Shown here: in pieces, positions 28,518-39,164 of the stretch
How the letters are laid out: the number at the start of each line of letters is the position of its first letter
Position numbering within the stretch: the stretch's first letter is position 1
Virus record (IMG/VR): IMGVR_UViG_3300005805_000073
Location: 12,234 to 76,233 of that record
Source: a virus
Taxonomy: Duplodnaviria > Caudoviricetes
DNA length: 64,000 nucleotides
Reading direction: 5' to 3' (one strand)
The notes under the pieces: model-generated
What the model saw: the letters and a program-made list of their open reading frames with translations, nothing else
Database searches by the model: none
What the model was told of the DNA's origin: nothing
Translations under genes and position numbers: made by a program

Positions 28518-29684
28518 TCACACCTCTGTATATATTTTTTCTGTTGCATTTTTCAATAAATCAAAATACATTATTTTACAGTTATCTTTTGTGAAATTGT
28601 TATATTCTTTTTTAAATTCAGACAATTCTCTTTTTTCCATAGAAACAATTTTATCTACAAACTTCTGTGCATGTACCATTCGCTGTGCAGCATCTTCAAT
28701 TTGGTCATAATCATGATTCCAAAAATCAAAACGGTATTTCAGTCCTAAATTCTCTAATGCCTGTAACACGTTTGGTTTACCAAGAAACACAAATGGGTGA
28801 CCAGTAAACGTAGGGCGCATTATTTTTTCAGAAATATGCCCCCATGTCTTGGAAGTATGTAATGTGCCTCCTCCCATATCAGGAGTTATATGATAAAATC
28901 TTGTTTCAGCAACAATTTCAAAGTAGCTATCTAAGTATGATACTAAATTAAAACTATTTCCTCGAATATTGTAGTCATCATATCCTTGATAATCATGGAA
29001 ATATGGTAACTGCTTTAAAATATCAAAGCTATTAAATTTTTCTTTAAACACGCGCGGAACTAGGTCATCAATTATACCTAGGTCATAATCAGGTGCAGTA
29101 CTCCCCCACATGAAATCATTTAAGTATCCTCTTTGATGTAAAAATTCCAACATCTCAACTTTATGATATCTAGTATGTCCTACATGGTATATACCTTTAT
29201 ACTTTCTTAAAAATTGGTGTTGAGTTCTTTCAATATTACGTAAGGATTCAAAAGATGAATAGTTAACATCATCCACTCCTGTATAATGAAACATTAATGC
29301 AGGAAACCAAAAATGATTTTGTCTTTTAGACAATAAATTTCCGCTGATTATTCCGCAGTCTACATCTATCAGACTTTCACATGCAAGAAAAAAATCCTCG
29401 GATACTTCCTGTAGGTCGTAACCAGATACATCATAAAATATTTTTTTGAATTTTCTATGCTGTAACTGTTTTTTTAAAGAAGGTAAAATTACATCAAATG
29501 ACCGCCAATCTGAAAAACCAACAAATAAAGTGGTGTTTTCATCCATTTCAGAGAAATCTACAATTTCAACATCTGTATATCTTATGAAACAATGCTTTAG
29601 TTCAGTAAATTGGTCATGTTCATGCATTAATAACCAATCACCGTTTAATAATTTAAATTTTATGAAGCAAAGTTTTTTTGTCAT
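28518..29684 (-). CDS. Hypothetical protein, island paralog family A (possible glycosyltransferase-like)
   Basis: C-terminal YFEIVAET..SEKIMRP..HPFVFLG..LENLG..DYD motif shared with two other island ORFs. Confidence 0.6.
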   Translation of the reverse strand: MTKKLCFIKFKLLNGDWLLMHEHDQFTELKHCFIRYTDVEIVDFSEMDENTTLFVGFSDWRSFDVILPSLKKQLQHRKFKKIFYDVSGYDLQEVSEDFFLACESLIDVDCGIISGNLLSKRQNHFWFPALMFHYTGVDDVNYSSFESLRNIERTQHQFLRKYKGIYHVGHTRYHKVEMLEFLHQRGYLNDFMWGSTAPDYDLGIIDDLVPRVFKEKFNSFDILKQLPYFHDYQGYDDYNIRGNSFNLVSYLDSYFEIVAETRFYHITPDMGGGTLHTSKTWGHISEKIMRPTFTGHPFVFLGKPNVLQALENLGLKYRFDFWNHDYDQIEDAAQRMVHAQKFVDKIVSMEKRELSEFKKEYNNFTKDNCKIMYFDLLKNATEKIYTEV

Positions 29685-30880
29685 CTTAAATATTTTTGTA
29701 GATAGGAAAGTTTTATAGGTAGGGAAGTTTTATTATATTTGTGACCAAACTCTATGAAATTACGGAAATAATGTAGCGTATTATTTGTATCCATGTTTGT
29801 ATAATCTTTAGAATTTTTCAAATATTGTATAAAATTTAGGATTTGTTGTTTTAGTTCTCCAGGCAAAAGTTGCATCATATTTTTTTCTAAATGTTCAATA
29901 ACTTCTAACCTTATATCAAAATTTATAGCATTTAAATAAAAGGGACCTTCAACAAAACCAAAAGATATTTGTCCGTCATCAAATATATAACGTTCCTCAA
30001 ATAATTTCTTCCGAAATTCAAAAAAATGAAAACAATTCAACACTGAACAGGTGTATTGAATTCTATAACTAACATTACCATATATTTTTCCTGCTTCTTG
30101 TACTTTTCGAAGGTTGTTACAAAAAACTTTCCAATTGAAATTGGTACGAACATACTCTCCAACTTCTTCTGCGCCATCACAGGAAACACCAAAATGAACT
30201 GTCTTGAAATTTTTTAATAAATCAAAAACTGATTTTCCTTTATGTTCAATGATACTAAGATTTGTATTAAAGGTTAAAGTTATTTTATCCTTATTTTCAA
30301 GACTTTCTAAAAATTGATACATGGCATCCATATACAGAGGTTCACCGCCAGCAAAATATATCTTTTCAAGACCTTTCAAATTTTCCTTAGGTATTTCAAA
30401 TGAAGTTTTTTGAGAAGTATCTAATACAATTTCTGATGATCCTATAAGTTTATTAAACTCCTTTCTCTCTGATATCCATGCTGTGGAATAGTCAGGCGTA
30501 CACGTTCTACACTTGAAATTGCATATATTAGAAGGCCTTAAATCTAAGTATACAAAATCAGGTGTTATAGATCCATCGCTTTTTGTACTATTTAAAATTT
30601 TTTCCTTTAAATGACCGTAATCTTCATTACTTTTAATTCGCTCACTTTTCCCGCCGGATTTTTCCATATCCCAACAATAGGAACAATGAGAATTTTGCAC
30701 ACCGGTTAATAAATCTCGTCTAATTTGTTTATATTCCTCACTGTTAAATGCATCTGTTGTTGATTGATGTTCTAGGTTAATATCAGAAATAAAGGTTCTA
30801 GAATAACAACAAACTTTTAGCTTATTGTTGGGATATGCATTTAAATGTATAAAAGGAAGGGAACAAAAAGTATCAGACAT
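29681..30880 (-). CDS. Radical SAM protein with twitch-like domain (paralog 2)
   Basis: FCSLPFIH..CC; SNICNFKCRTC; FAGGEPL; alternative start 30901. Confidence 0.9.
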   Translation of the reverse strand: MSDTFCSLPFIHLNAYPNNKLKVCCYSRTFISDINLEHQSTTDAFNSEEYKQIRRDLLTGVQNSHCSYCWDMEKSGGKSERIKSNEDYGHLKEKILNSTKSDGSITPDFVYLDLRPSNICNFKCRTCTPDYSTAWISERKEFNKLIGSSEIVLDTSQKTSFEIPKENLKGLEKIYFAGGEPLYMDAMYQFLESLENKDKITLTFNTNLSIIEHKGKSVFDLLKNFKTVHFGVSCDGAEEVGEYVRTNFNWKVFCNNLRKVQEAGKIYGNVSYRIQYTCSVLNCFHFFEFRKKLFEERYIFDDGQISFGFVEGPFYLNAINFDIRLEVIEHLEKNMMQLLPGELKQQILNFIQYLKNSKDYTNMDTNNTLHYFRNFIEFGHKYNKTSLPIKLSYLQKYLR

Positions 30881-31406
30881 AATATAATTCAGGATATTCA
30901 ACTAAACAATGAATTCCTCCCTTTAAGGCTTCTTGATAGCCTAAAACGATATCATCGGATGTTTTTAAATCATGAAACGTGACATGCTTGCACATGGAAC
31001 GAAATTCATTAATGTAATTATTTTTATGTTGATGTCCGGGGTCTAAAGGTTTATCGCTACCTTTTCCTAAACGAATCAATAAATTTATTGGTTTACCTGT
31101 CATCAAGCTATACTTGTCCACACTATTAATTAACTGGTTAGACGCTACAATGATGAAGTCCCAGCGAGGATAAAAGGTAACGACATTTTTACCTGTCATA
31201 GCTAATCCTAGCGACATGCCCATTTGAGTTTCTTCCATAACAGGCGTTTCAATCATATTTTCTTTCGGCACATTTCCTAGAGTAGTACTCATAGGATTTC
31301 CGGGATATATAATTTGTTGCCCTACGAAAATAAAATTTTCTTTTGCCAGTAAAGTCATGGCATCAGTTAAGGAATCTTTATATGGGGTGAAATTTGTATT
31401 GCTCAT
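30873..31406 (-). CDS. TPP-dependent enzyme, E1-beta/transketolase pyrimidine-binding subunit (short, no C-terminal domain)
   Basis: ETPVMEETQMGMSLGLAMTG..YPRWDF..NQLIN..GHQH. Confidence 0.82.
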   Translation of the reverse strand: MSNTNFTPYKDSLTDAMTLLAKENFIFVGQQIIYPGNPMSTTLGNVPKENMIETPVMEETQMGMSLGLAMTGKNVVTFYPRWDFIIVASNQLINSVDKYSLMTGKPINLLIRLGKGSDKPLDPGHQHKNNYINEFRSMCKHVTFHDLKTSDDIVLGYQEALKGGIHCLVEYPELYYV

Positions 31407-31407
31407 A

Positions 31408-32346
31408 TTAACGATGTATCCAATTAATGTCCATAGTTGTTACCAAAGATTCAGCTATCAACTCATGGCATTTTTTTGAAGGATGATGGTCACCTGGACC
31501 AATAGAAAAGAACGGATCTGAATCAATTTTCATCTCATTATTCTCTTCCATTAAATGTTCTAATGATGTATAGTTTTTTTCATTATAATGAAATGTAACA
31601 AATCTATCTCGCATCCATTCATCATTCATAATGTGAGGAACATTTTCTTTAGGCCACGATAATATTCTGGCCTTAACTCCGCGTTGCTCAAATTTCTGAA
31701 GAAAAGACTTCACCATGTTTACAACATTTATACAGTGTCTCTGAAGCAATTCTTCATAGGTTATATTATTTTCTAACAAATAGCTTGTGATATATTCTAA
31801 ATTTTCTTCATCCATCCCATGTTGATGCAAAGTCACTTCCTTTACTGTACCATCCTGATACTTCAACACATATTTGGTTCTTGATGGCATTGTAAACTGA
31901 TAAGTTATGTATGCAAACTCATCAAAATCATAGTTAGGTTCAGATATGGCGTACATGCTATCTCCCTGCATGGGACGATGTGACACATCATAATTAGTAA
32001 AATATCTGTGATTATGTGGATTAAATACTCGTTCCCAATAATCTATGATGTTAAATTCTGCTCCTCCGTTATTAGGATGAACCACCTCAAATGTATTTAA
32101 TTTATTAGCTAATAAACGAGGATATCGCAAGGATTCCATAGCTCGCAGATGAGCATCATTAATTAAATGCCTATGAAAATGATTTGGAGGAGGCTCCATG
32201 ATGGTAGGCAAATTATAATAATAATATAATCCTTGCCCCCATGTGAATGAACACCCCGCAGATACTATTCCTCTACGGATTTTAGAATCAGGAAGTTTAA
32301 ATTTAGTATCTGGGGTTTTACCTGAATAGAATTCTAATGGATGCAT
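31408..32346 (-). CDS. SGNH-like hypothetical protein
   Basis: GCSFTWGQG near the N-terminus and DHHPSKKCH near the C-terminus. Confidence 0.5.
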   Translation of the reverse strand: MHPLEFYSGKTPDTKFKLPDSKIRRGIVSAGCSFTWGQGLYYYYNLPTIMEPPPNHFHRHLINDAHLRAMESLRYPRLLANKLNTFEVVHPNNGGAEFNIIDYWERVFNPHNHRYFTNYDVSHRPMQGDSMYAISEPNYDFDEFAYITYQFTMPSRTKYVLKYQDGTVKEVTLHQHGMDEENLEYITSYLLENNITYEELLQRHCINVVNMVKSFLQKFEQRGVKARILSWPKENVPHIMNDEWMRDRFVTFHYNEKNYTSLEHLMEENNEMKIDSDPFFSIGPGDHHPSKKCHELIAESLVTTMDINWIHR

Positions 32347-32373
32347 AATCTAGTAGTTTGAAGTTTATTTTAT

Positions 32374-33432
32374 TTATGACTGTTTGTTAAATTGAGATTT
32401 AGGAGACCACATGAATAAATGCTCTCGTATTTCAGGATAATTCATAGGATATTCATTCTCAAAATTTTTCATAATATCTTGCTGTAGAATAAACAATTGG
32501 TTTTTATTATGAAGGAAAATATCTTTGTACTGAGAAGTCAAATCCTGAAGCTCTTCGATTGTCCTATGACTCAATTTAATTAACTCCTTTTCAATTGCTA
32601 AAATTCTGTCATTGACAGATAGTTCATCATATGTTTCATCTATTAAAGGAGAAAATGTCCTGAATCCTAAATCTCGTAAACCTCGTAAGGTATTTTTTGA
32701 TGCAACTATAATAAATGGTTGAGGTATGAGAAATTGTCTAAAAATTTTTTGACTGAAGAAACTATGTTCTATACCGGTAGTAAATCCATTTCTAGTATAC
32801 CAGTGCCATTCACCTGTTTCATCAATCACATCCTTAAAAATAGTATCGGTTATGATGTTAACACAGGTAGATTTATACAGATGCAACAAATGTTCATGAT
32901 AGGTCCAATTATCATTTAAATTTTCAGAGGGATTTTCAAGAAAATTTTTTTTATTATCCCATACTATGGAATAGTAACAATCGTTTAATAAATTTTCACT
33001 GTTCAAAAAATTTATTAAATGAGTTCGATGTGGTTTATGTTCCTTATTTAAAAATAAAAATTTTTTCTCCTTGATAGAAAAATCATGTTCCTTTCGGAAT
33101 ACTGTATCTGCCATGAATACCAACCAAAAAGGACAGAAAACATATTTAAATCCCAACTTCTCTATGAATTTTTTGTAAGACGAACTAAAATTTTCTGAAA
33201 TGATGACAATTTGACCAATGTCTATATTTTCCCATAATAAAAGAGAATGAAGTGTCTGTAAATTTTCTATGTGCTGAAATGTTAAAGGTTCTCCTCTTTC
33301 ATGATAGAAAAATTTTTTCCCTTGTTTTAATAAAGGAACAATTTCTTGAAATAATGTTATAATCTCTTGTTTTGAAGAAAATATTAAAAACGGAGATTTA
33401 GATATGATACTATATTGGGTTACCTGATACAT
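32374..33432 (-). CDS. Hypothetical protein, island paralog family A
   Basis: FLFLNKEHKPHR..VNIITDT..SQKIFR..QPFIIV..LRDLGFRTF..IDETYD. Confidence 0.6.
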   Translation of the reverse strand: MYQVTQYSIISKSPFLIFSSKQEIITLFQEIVPLLKQGKKFFYHERGEPLTFQHIENLQTLHSLLLWENIDIGQIVIISENFSSSYKKFIEKLGFKYVFCPFWLVFMADTVFRKEHDFSIKEKKFLFLNKEHKPHRTHLINFLNSENLLNDCYYSIVWDNKKNFLENPSENLNDNWTYHEHLLHLYKSTCVNIITDTIFKDVIDETGEWHWYTRNGFTTGIEHSFFSQKIFRQFLIPQPFIIVASKNTLRGLRDLGFRTFSPLIDETYDELSVNDRILAIEKELIKLSHRTIEELQDLTSQYKDIFLHNKNQLFILQQDIMKNFENEYPMNYPEIREHLFMWSPKSQFNKQS

Positions 33433-34219
33433 CTAAAGCCTCACCCTCAAAATTTATATATCCCTCAGGACATGCTAATCTAGTAAAAGCTAAATATGAC
33501 CATCTCTTGAACCCATGCCGCACAGGAAGAACCTCATGCCATACATTATTCTTTGTGAAGTCTATCATCACATAAGTCCCACGAACAGGAGGTATTTTTT
33601 CAGATATAGGTTCTGTATTTTCAAAATTGTTTGCAGTACATACAAATTCTCCCCCATTCTTTTCACTCCATTCTTCCTTATTAGTTAGATACACGATAAC
33701 AGCTGCAATTTTACCAGATGCAGAATGATTTTTAGCTTCTCCTCCGTCCTGATGTTTGCAAATATAACATCCTTTATCATCATACATTGTGATGTTATCA
33801 TTGAAATTTATAATCCAACCTTTCTTCAAATTTTCAGTGGTAAAAATATGTGAATATACGTCATTACGTAAAAATCTTTCTACTAAAATTCGTAGATTAT
33901 TTTTCGGTTCCTCCAATGGCTCTGGGATCGAAATTAATCTATACCATTTTTGATGCCACTGTAAATTATTTTTTCGCACAAACATATCTCTTTCTGGTAC
34001 ATCTTGCAGAGGAATTATTGGAGGCATATCCAGGTTATTATGAAAATTTACAATTGGATAAAAGCAATCCCAGTGTGATGGTTCATAATCAGGAAAGTTT
34101 ATAATTGTATCGCAGGTAGCATTAAACCATTCTGAATTATCTGTGAGTTCTTCTATTGAACCCACATGAAATCCTGTCTCAAAGAAATTTTTAAGTTGTT
34201 CTGATGTAAGCATATACAA
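33410..34219 (-). CDS. 2OG-Fe(II) oxygenase
   Basis: HQD (HxD), distal WHEV, RWS. Confidence 0.75.
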   Translation of the reverse strand: MYMLTSEQLKNFFETGFHVGSIEELTDNSEWFNATCDTIINFPDYEPSHWDCFYPIVNFHNNLDMPPIIPLQDVPERDMFVRKNNLQWHQKWYRLISIPEPLEEPKNNLRILVERFLRNDVYSHIFTTENLKKGWIINFNDNITMYDDKGCYICKHQDGGEAKNHSASGKIAAVIVYLTNKEEWSEKNGGEFVCTANNFENTEPISEKIPPVRGTYVMIDFTKNNVWHEVLPVRHGFKRWSYLAFTRLACPEGYINFEGEALDVSGNPI

Positions 34220-34225
34220 TGCCTC

Positions 34226-35218
34226 TTACGGTGTTGAATTAGGATTAAATTGTCCTTTGTTGTTTTTATACCATACTATTGTTTCTTTTAAAGCCTGCTT
34301 TAAATCTCTCTTAGGTTTCCAACCTAAAGCATTAATTTTCTTTGAGGATAGCAGTCGTACAGGTATCATAGGTGCCTTATTGTTAACATATGAAATAGGA
34401 TTGATGTTACTATCTAACTCCTTAATCCAACCTAGCACCTCATTCACGCTGAATCCTTCCCCATAACACACATTAAAGATATCATACCGGTCGCAATTTT
34501 CAACTACAAAAATAAATCCTTCTGCCATATCTTCAACATGAAGCAAATCTCGCACTTCAGTGCCATCTCCCCAAATTGGAATTGGATTTAACCCATCAGC
34601 AACTTTTCTAATATTGGCAGGCGTCACGTGACACTTTTCATAATCAAACTTATCATTTGGTCCAAAAGCATTAGAAGGTCTCACAATTAAACATTGCATA
34701 GGATCGTGAATTTGATTGGAAAAGAAATCACATAACATTTCACCATATCGCTTTTGCCCACCCACAGCCTTATATACAGGAACTAAAGGAGTAGCATGTA
34801 CATTCATATCCTCTACACACCAATCTTCGCCCATATCGGGGTATGTTGTATTAGATGAGATGAATAAAAACTTGCGCACCTTATTCTTCCAGCTCTGTTC
34901 CATTAAATTGACATTCATTTCCACATTAGGAGTTACATGCAATAATGGATTATATTTTGTATCTAATGCGTTGGATGTATTGGCAGCACAATGAAACACT
35001 ACATCAACATTTCTAGAAACTTCCGCACAAAATTCTGCGTCTTGTAAATTTCCTACCATGTGTTCAATTGTATCACATCCCTCAAAATCATTTCTTAAAT
35101 TTCTACTAAATGAAGTGGCTCGTAGGTTGCGATATCCTTTTTGATATAACAGACGCAATAAATGGGAACCTATAAATCCACTAGCACCTGTGACTAAAAT
35201 TTTATCCTCAAAACGCAT
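34226..35218 (-). CDS. NAD-dependent epimerase/reductase (GDP-L-fucose synthase-like)
   Basis: VTGASGFIG, YxxxK-like motif, RPSNAFGPNDKF, IWGDGTEVRDLLHV. Confidence 0.85.
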   Translation of the reverse strand: MRFEDKILVTGASGFIGSHLLRLLYQKGYRNLRATSFSRNLRNDFEGCDTIEHMVGNLQDAEFCAEVSRNVDVVFHCAANTSNALDTKYNPLLHVTPNVEMNVNLMEQSWKNKVRKFLFISSNTTYPDMGEDWCVEDMNVHATPLVPVYKAVGGQKRYGEMLCDFFSNQIHDPMQCLIVRPSNAFGPNDKFDYEKCHVTPANIRKVADGLNPIPIWGDGTEVRDLLHVEDMAEGFIFVVENCDRYDIFNVCYGEGFSVNEVLGWIKELDSNINPISYVNNKAPMIPVRLLSSKKINALGWKPKRDLKQALKETIVWYKNNKGQFNPNSTP

Positions 35219-36227
35219 TTTTATTCTCCTTCATGGGGTTCATATAACATTGTATAGTCTTATTTATTCCTTCCTGCAAAGTTGTTTGAGGTAAAATTCC
35301 ATATTGTGTTTGCCTCTCTGCACCTAAGCAACGAATGGCATCGCCGTTCATCTTAGTAGTGTCCCAAACAATCTTCTTTTTCTTTCCTGTGATTTTTTGA
35401 TACTCATCAACAATGGTTTCAATTGTCTGTTTGATAGTCACAGCCTCACCACATCCAAAATTAATGACATCTCGTACTTCCTTCTTTACCACATCAATTG
35501 TTGCCTGTGCAACATCGTCTCCAAATACAAAGTCTCTACGAGGAGAACCATCACCCCAGCATACCATTTCTTCCTCATCCTGATTGAATAGCTTCCATAT
35601 ATTTGTACTAATAACTGTTGCATCAGGAGCAAAATTATCATGTATACCGTAAATATTAGAAGGACGAATGACTGTCCAATTGTCCCAGCCATACTGAACC
35701 TTTAAAGCATCCAAAGACAATTCACCCATACGCTTTGACCAACCTGGGTGCCAATCGTTTTTTGAAGGAGTAGATGCCCAAGTTTCTTCACGATTCCAAG
35801 TATCGCCTTCATGCATGATATCTGCTGGCTTATACACACCAACCGATGAAAGATAAACGAACCAATCTACATTTGCGTCAAATGACGCTTTAATCATATT
35901 GGTATTAAACATTAGCATTGGAAAAAGATAATCTGCCGGTCTTGTTGAAGAACGCAAAGGAGATCCTTTTACACCTGCTATATGTAAAACAACATGAATT
36001 TTTTCTTTTTGAAATAATTCCTGACAGTTATTGAGATAAGTTAGGTCCGTTTCAATTAATTTCAATTGCCCACGACAATCCACTGCCCATTGTTTTATTT
36101 CATTTGAAAATTTAAGGTCCACTGCATAGACAGTGTTAGCACCTTCCTCTAAACATTTTCTAACTGTAGGAGTTCCTACCAATCCGTTAGCACCTGTCAC
36201 AATTATATTTTTTCCTCTCAGTTCCAT
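35208..36227 (-). CDS. NAD-dependent epimerase/reductase (GDP-L-fucose synthase-like)
   Basis: VTGANGLVG, GWSKR, RPSNIYGIHDNF, WGDGSPRRDF. Confidence 0.85.
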   Translation of the reverse strand: MELRGKNIIVTGANGLVGTPTVRKCLEEGANTVYAVDLKFSNEIKQWAVDCRGQLKLIETDLTYLNNCQELFQKEKIHVVLHIAGVKGSPLRSSTRPADYLFPMLMFNTNMIKASFDANVDWFVYLSSVGVYKPADIMHEGDTWNREETWASTPSKNDWHPGWSKRMGELSLDALKVQYGWDNWTVIRPSNIYGIHDNFAPDATVISTNIWKLFNQDEEEMVCWGDGSPRRDFVFGDDVAQATIDVVKKEVRDVINFGCGEAVTIKQTIETIVDEYQKITGKKKKIVWDTTKMNGDAIRCLGAERQTQYGILPQTTLQEGINKTIQCYMNPMKENKNAF

Positions 36228-36229
36228 AA

Positions 36230-36439
36230 TTACTCCTGGTAGAATCTACCGTAGTTTATATGACTCCATGCTCGCTCAAAAAAATAAAAAGCAAAGAATC
36301 CTGTTAAATTCATTAATAATGCATTATTAAAATTAGAACTACTCAAAGATAAACTGAGTATTGCCCAAGAATTTACAACAGCAACTATTCTCCAAGTTAT
36401 TGCTTTGAGTGTTGTTCTTTTTTTATTCTCTACTATCAT
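36230..36439 (-). CDS. DUF2061-like small membrane protein
   Basis: RTTLKAITWR..YFFERAWSHINYG. Confidence 0.8.
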   Translation of the reverse strand: MIVENKKRTTLKAITWRIVAVVNSWAILSLSLSSSNFNNALLMNLTGFFAFYFFERAWSHINYGRFYQE

Positions 36440-36875
36440 CTTTTTTTAACCAACCATCATCGGCTCTTTTGTTCCAGCTTATTTCCCAATCTTTAAAATC
36501 AGCGGCCAAACAATCTACTTTATAATCTTTTCTACCTCCGACAACCTCCTGAATCACATTTTTAGCTGTATTGCGAATACCATTTAATCCATGTGTTAGT
36601 TCTAGGTTGTTACCATCGCGTATACCACGACGATAATTAGATTCATTATGCCAAATATGAAGGTTCATTTGTGATACTACCACAATAGCACGGATAGTTT
36701 CAGCTGTGATGGGTTCCTCTGCATCGTTCAAAATTAATTGAATATCATGCACGATATCTTTAATTTCTTCTGCATACTCCTGCTTATACTCAGGAATGAA
36801 TACTTCTTTCAACTGTACAATACTTAAACGGTCAATTAAATCACCTAACGTGTGTAGATATTTACGCTCTGTCAT
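36423..36875 (-). CDS. Conserved-looking hypothetical protein of sugar clusters
   Basis: TLGDLIDRLSIVQLKE..NLHIWH..NGIRN; overlaps both neighbours. Confidence 0.6.
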   Translation of the reverse strand: MTERKYLHTLGDLIDRLSIVQLKEVFIPEYKQEYAEEIKDIVHDIQLILNDAEEPITAETIRAIVVVSQMNLHIWHNESNYRRGIRDGNNLELTHGLNGIRNTAKNVIQEVVGGRKDYKVDCLAADFKDWEISWNKRADDGWLKKDDSRE

Positions 36876-37816
36876 AAATTAGTGAAATTCCTATGGTTGT
36901 GTGTGATAATGAGTTTATACGCTTCTATAAGTTGCTTGATACCGTAATCTAAATCAAAAACTGGAAACCATCCCAAACGTTCCAGTTTTTCATTGGACAC
37001 AATATAATTTCTCTTGTCAAAATCCTCCTTGAAGTTATCTTGTTTAATAACCAAAGAAGGAATATATTGTTTAATTTTTTCTGCCAATTCCAGTTTACTT
37101 AAATTAGCAGAAGATAAACCAACATTGAATGCCTGACCTTTGCACTTAGTATAATTTTCAATAACAAACTCAAAGGTACGAGCAATATCTCGTATGTGTA
37201 TATAGTTACGTTTAAAATCAGCCTCAAACAACACTAGGTACCCATCTACCACAGACCTGTATACAAAATCATTCACTAACAAATCTTGACGCATTCTTGG
37301 CGACACACCAAATACAGTGGCGAGTCGTAAGGATACTCCATTGCCTTTTTTCAACATGGCATTTTCAGCATCACATTTTGTTTTAGCATATAAAGAAAGA
37401 GGGTTAAAAGGGCTCTCCTCAGTGATGATATCATTTGAAGAACCATACTGACTATTAGTGTTAGGTAGTATTAATTTTTGATGATCCTCTAGAACTTCTA
37501 ATATATGTTCAATTTGATGAAAATTCAAGTCCATTGCTAGTTGTGGATTCTTATCACAGGCAGGCATACCTACTATAGCTGCCAATGGAATAATAACATC
37601 GTGCTGTTTTACTAGGTCTTGTAACATATTTTTGTTACGAACATCCCCTAAAATAAATTTAAACTGTGGATGTTTGAACAAGTGTAACAAAGACAACTGT
37701 TTATAGTGTAGATTATCTAATACTGTAACCGGATATCCCAACGAAAGAAAATGTTCTGTTATTACCGTTCCTAGATATCCTGCTCCGCCTGTAATTAATA
37801 TTCTATTCTGTACCAT
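36872..37816 (-). CDS. NAD-dependent epimerase/dehydratase
   Basis: ITGGAGYLG, LAAIVG, YAKTK, LRLATVFGVSPRMR; start uncertain (37816/37822). Confidence 0.9.
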   Translation of the reverse strand: MVQNRILITGGAGYLGTVITEHFLSLGYPVTVLDNLHYKQLSLLHLFKHPQFKFILGDVRNKNMLQDLVKQHDVIIPLAAIVGMPACDKNPQLAMDLNFHQIEHILEVLEDHQKLILPNTNSQYGSSNDIITEESPFNPLSLYAKTKCDAENAMLKKGNGVSLRLATVFGVSPRMRQDLLVNDFVYRSVVDGYLVLFEADFKRNYIHIRDIARTFEFVIENYTKCKGQAFNVGLSSANLSKLELAEKIKQYIPSLVIKQDNFKEDFDKRNYIVSNEKLERLGWFPVFDLDYGIKQLIEAYKLIITHNHRNFTNL

Positions 37817-39164
37817 AAACATACCTGTTAATATTGTCACGAAACATTGTTTTATCAGCAAAGGTTAAAAGATGATTTCTATTATGTATCAGTACTTCAG
37901 ATATTGAATTATACCAGTCATGAATTTCAGATAAACTTTTGCTAGATAATCTATCAATTTCTGAACATAACATTAAGTATCGTTTATCCCCGCTCTTTTC
38001 ATTATCGTAGCTTTCATCTATAAAAGGATGAAAAGTTTTAAATCCTAAATTTTGTAAATATTTCAAATATCCATGCGCACCGAAAACAATGAATGGTTGA
38101 AGCACCACCATAGGATTAAATATTTTTTCAGTTATAAAAATATCATGGTCAAAATTTGTTTCTGTAACAATATGTATATAAGAATCTAAATAAACCTCTT
38201 TTTTGAATGCTCGAAAAGATTCGAAAGATTCTTTATCATTTGAATTTTGTGTATCAAACTCAATAGGTATTTTATTGATAAAACTCATTGCCGATAATAC
38301 AATTTTTTTATTGAATTCTGGATCCGATGTTTTATATACAGGAACTCCATTATCAGGTACTCGAAGAAAACTAGCATAGATATTTTCCCATAAATTCCTA
38401 CTTTCAAAAAAACAACCTATTGTAAATCTGTGAGCTTTTGCAGAATTTCTATTTGGACATACAAAATGTTTACCTCGTAGCTTATCAGAAAAAACTTCAT
38501 GTTCAGAAAACCAGGTAGTTTCATAACCTAAAGCATGATTTGGATTATATTTCAATTCTTTAGCTTTTTTTGCGGTACTAAGAATAAGATTATCTTCAAA
38601 GAAGAATTTGAAGTTATAGCGTTTCACCGTAGGATGTAAGTCATATAAATTGGATGTACCTACAAAAAATATAAAATTATCTTCATCTAATCCTAGAGAT
38701 TTTATTTCTTTGGAGAACTCCTGCAAAAAATACATATCAGAAAATGGTTCATGAGAATAGTTAATCACGAAAGTTAACTTACCCTTTTTAGCAAGTGTAA
38801 CTGCCATTTCAGACACATTATCAACAAAAGATGTAGTATAAAACTCTCCAAACTTATTTTTTTCTCTATAAGTTTTTAAAAGTCTCCTATGATTTCCAAA
38901 AATTTCTATGGGATAGAAATAGGTGTCATTATCAGAAAGAACATCGGTTTTTTCTAAAACAATTATATTTTCCCATGTTACCATGTTACCACAAAATTCA
39001 GAATGGCAAGTATGCAGAAAAAAATCTTGGGTGTTGTAGTCAAAGTTGTAATGTGGATATTTCTCTACATCTAAGGAATTATGTTTTCTAACCGCATCAC
39101 TCCAAAGATTGGGAAATGGAATTTTTCTTCCTGCATCAAAAAAATCATACACGTATTTTATCAT
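37803..39164 (-). CDS. Hypothetical protein, island paralog family A
   Basis: FVCPNR..HR..YIHIVTET..ITEKIFNP..QPFIVFG..LQNLGFKTFHPFIDESYD. Confidence 0.6.
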   Translation of the reverse strand: MIKYVYDFFDAGRKIPFPNLWSDAVRKHNSLDVEKYPHYNFDYNTQDFFLHTCHSEFCGNMVTWENIIVLEKTDVLSDNDTYFYPIEIFGNHRRLLKTYREKNKFGEFYTTSFVDNVSEMAVTLAKKGKLTFVINYSHEPFSDMYFLQEFSKEIKSLGLDEDNFIFFVGTSNLYDLHPTVKRYNFKFFFEDNLILSTAKKAKELKYNPNHALGYETTWFSEHEVFSDKLRGKHFVCPNRNSAKAHRFTIGCFFESRNLWENIYASFLRVPDNGVPVYKTSDPEFNKKIVLSAMSFINKIPIEFDTQNSNDKESFESFRAFKKEVYLDSYIHIVTETNFDHDIFITEKIFNPMVVLQPFIVFGAHGYLKYLQNLGFKTFHPFIDESYDNEKSGDKRYLMLCSEIDRLSSKSLSEIHDWYNSISEVLIHNRNHLLTFADKTMFRDNINRYVYGTE

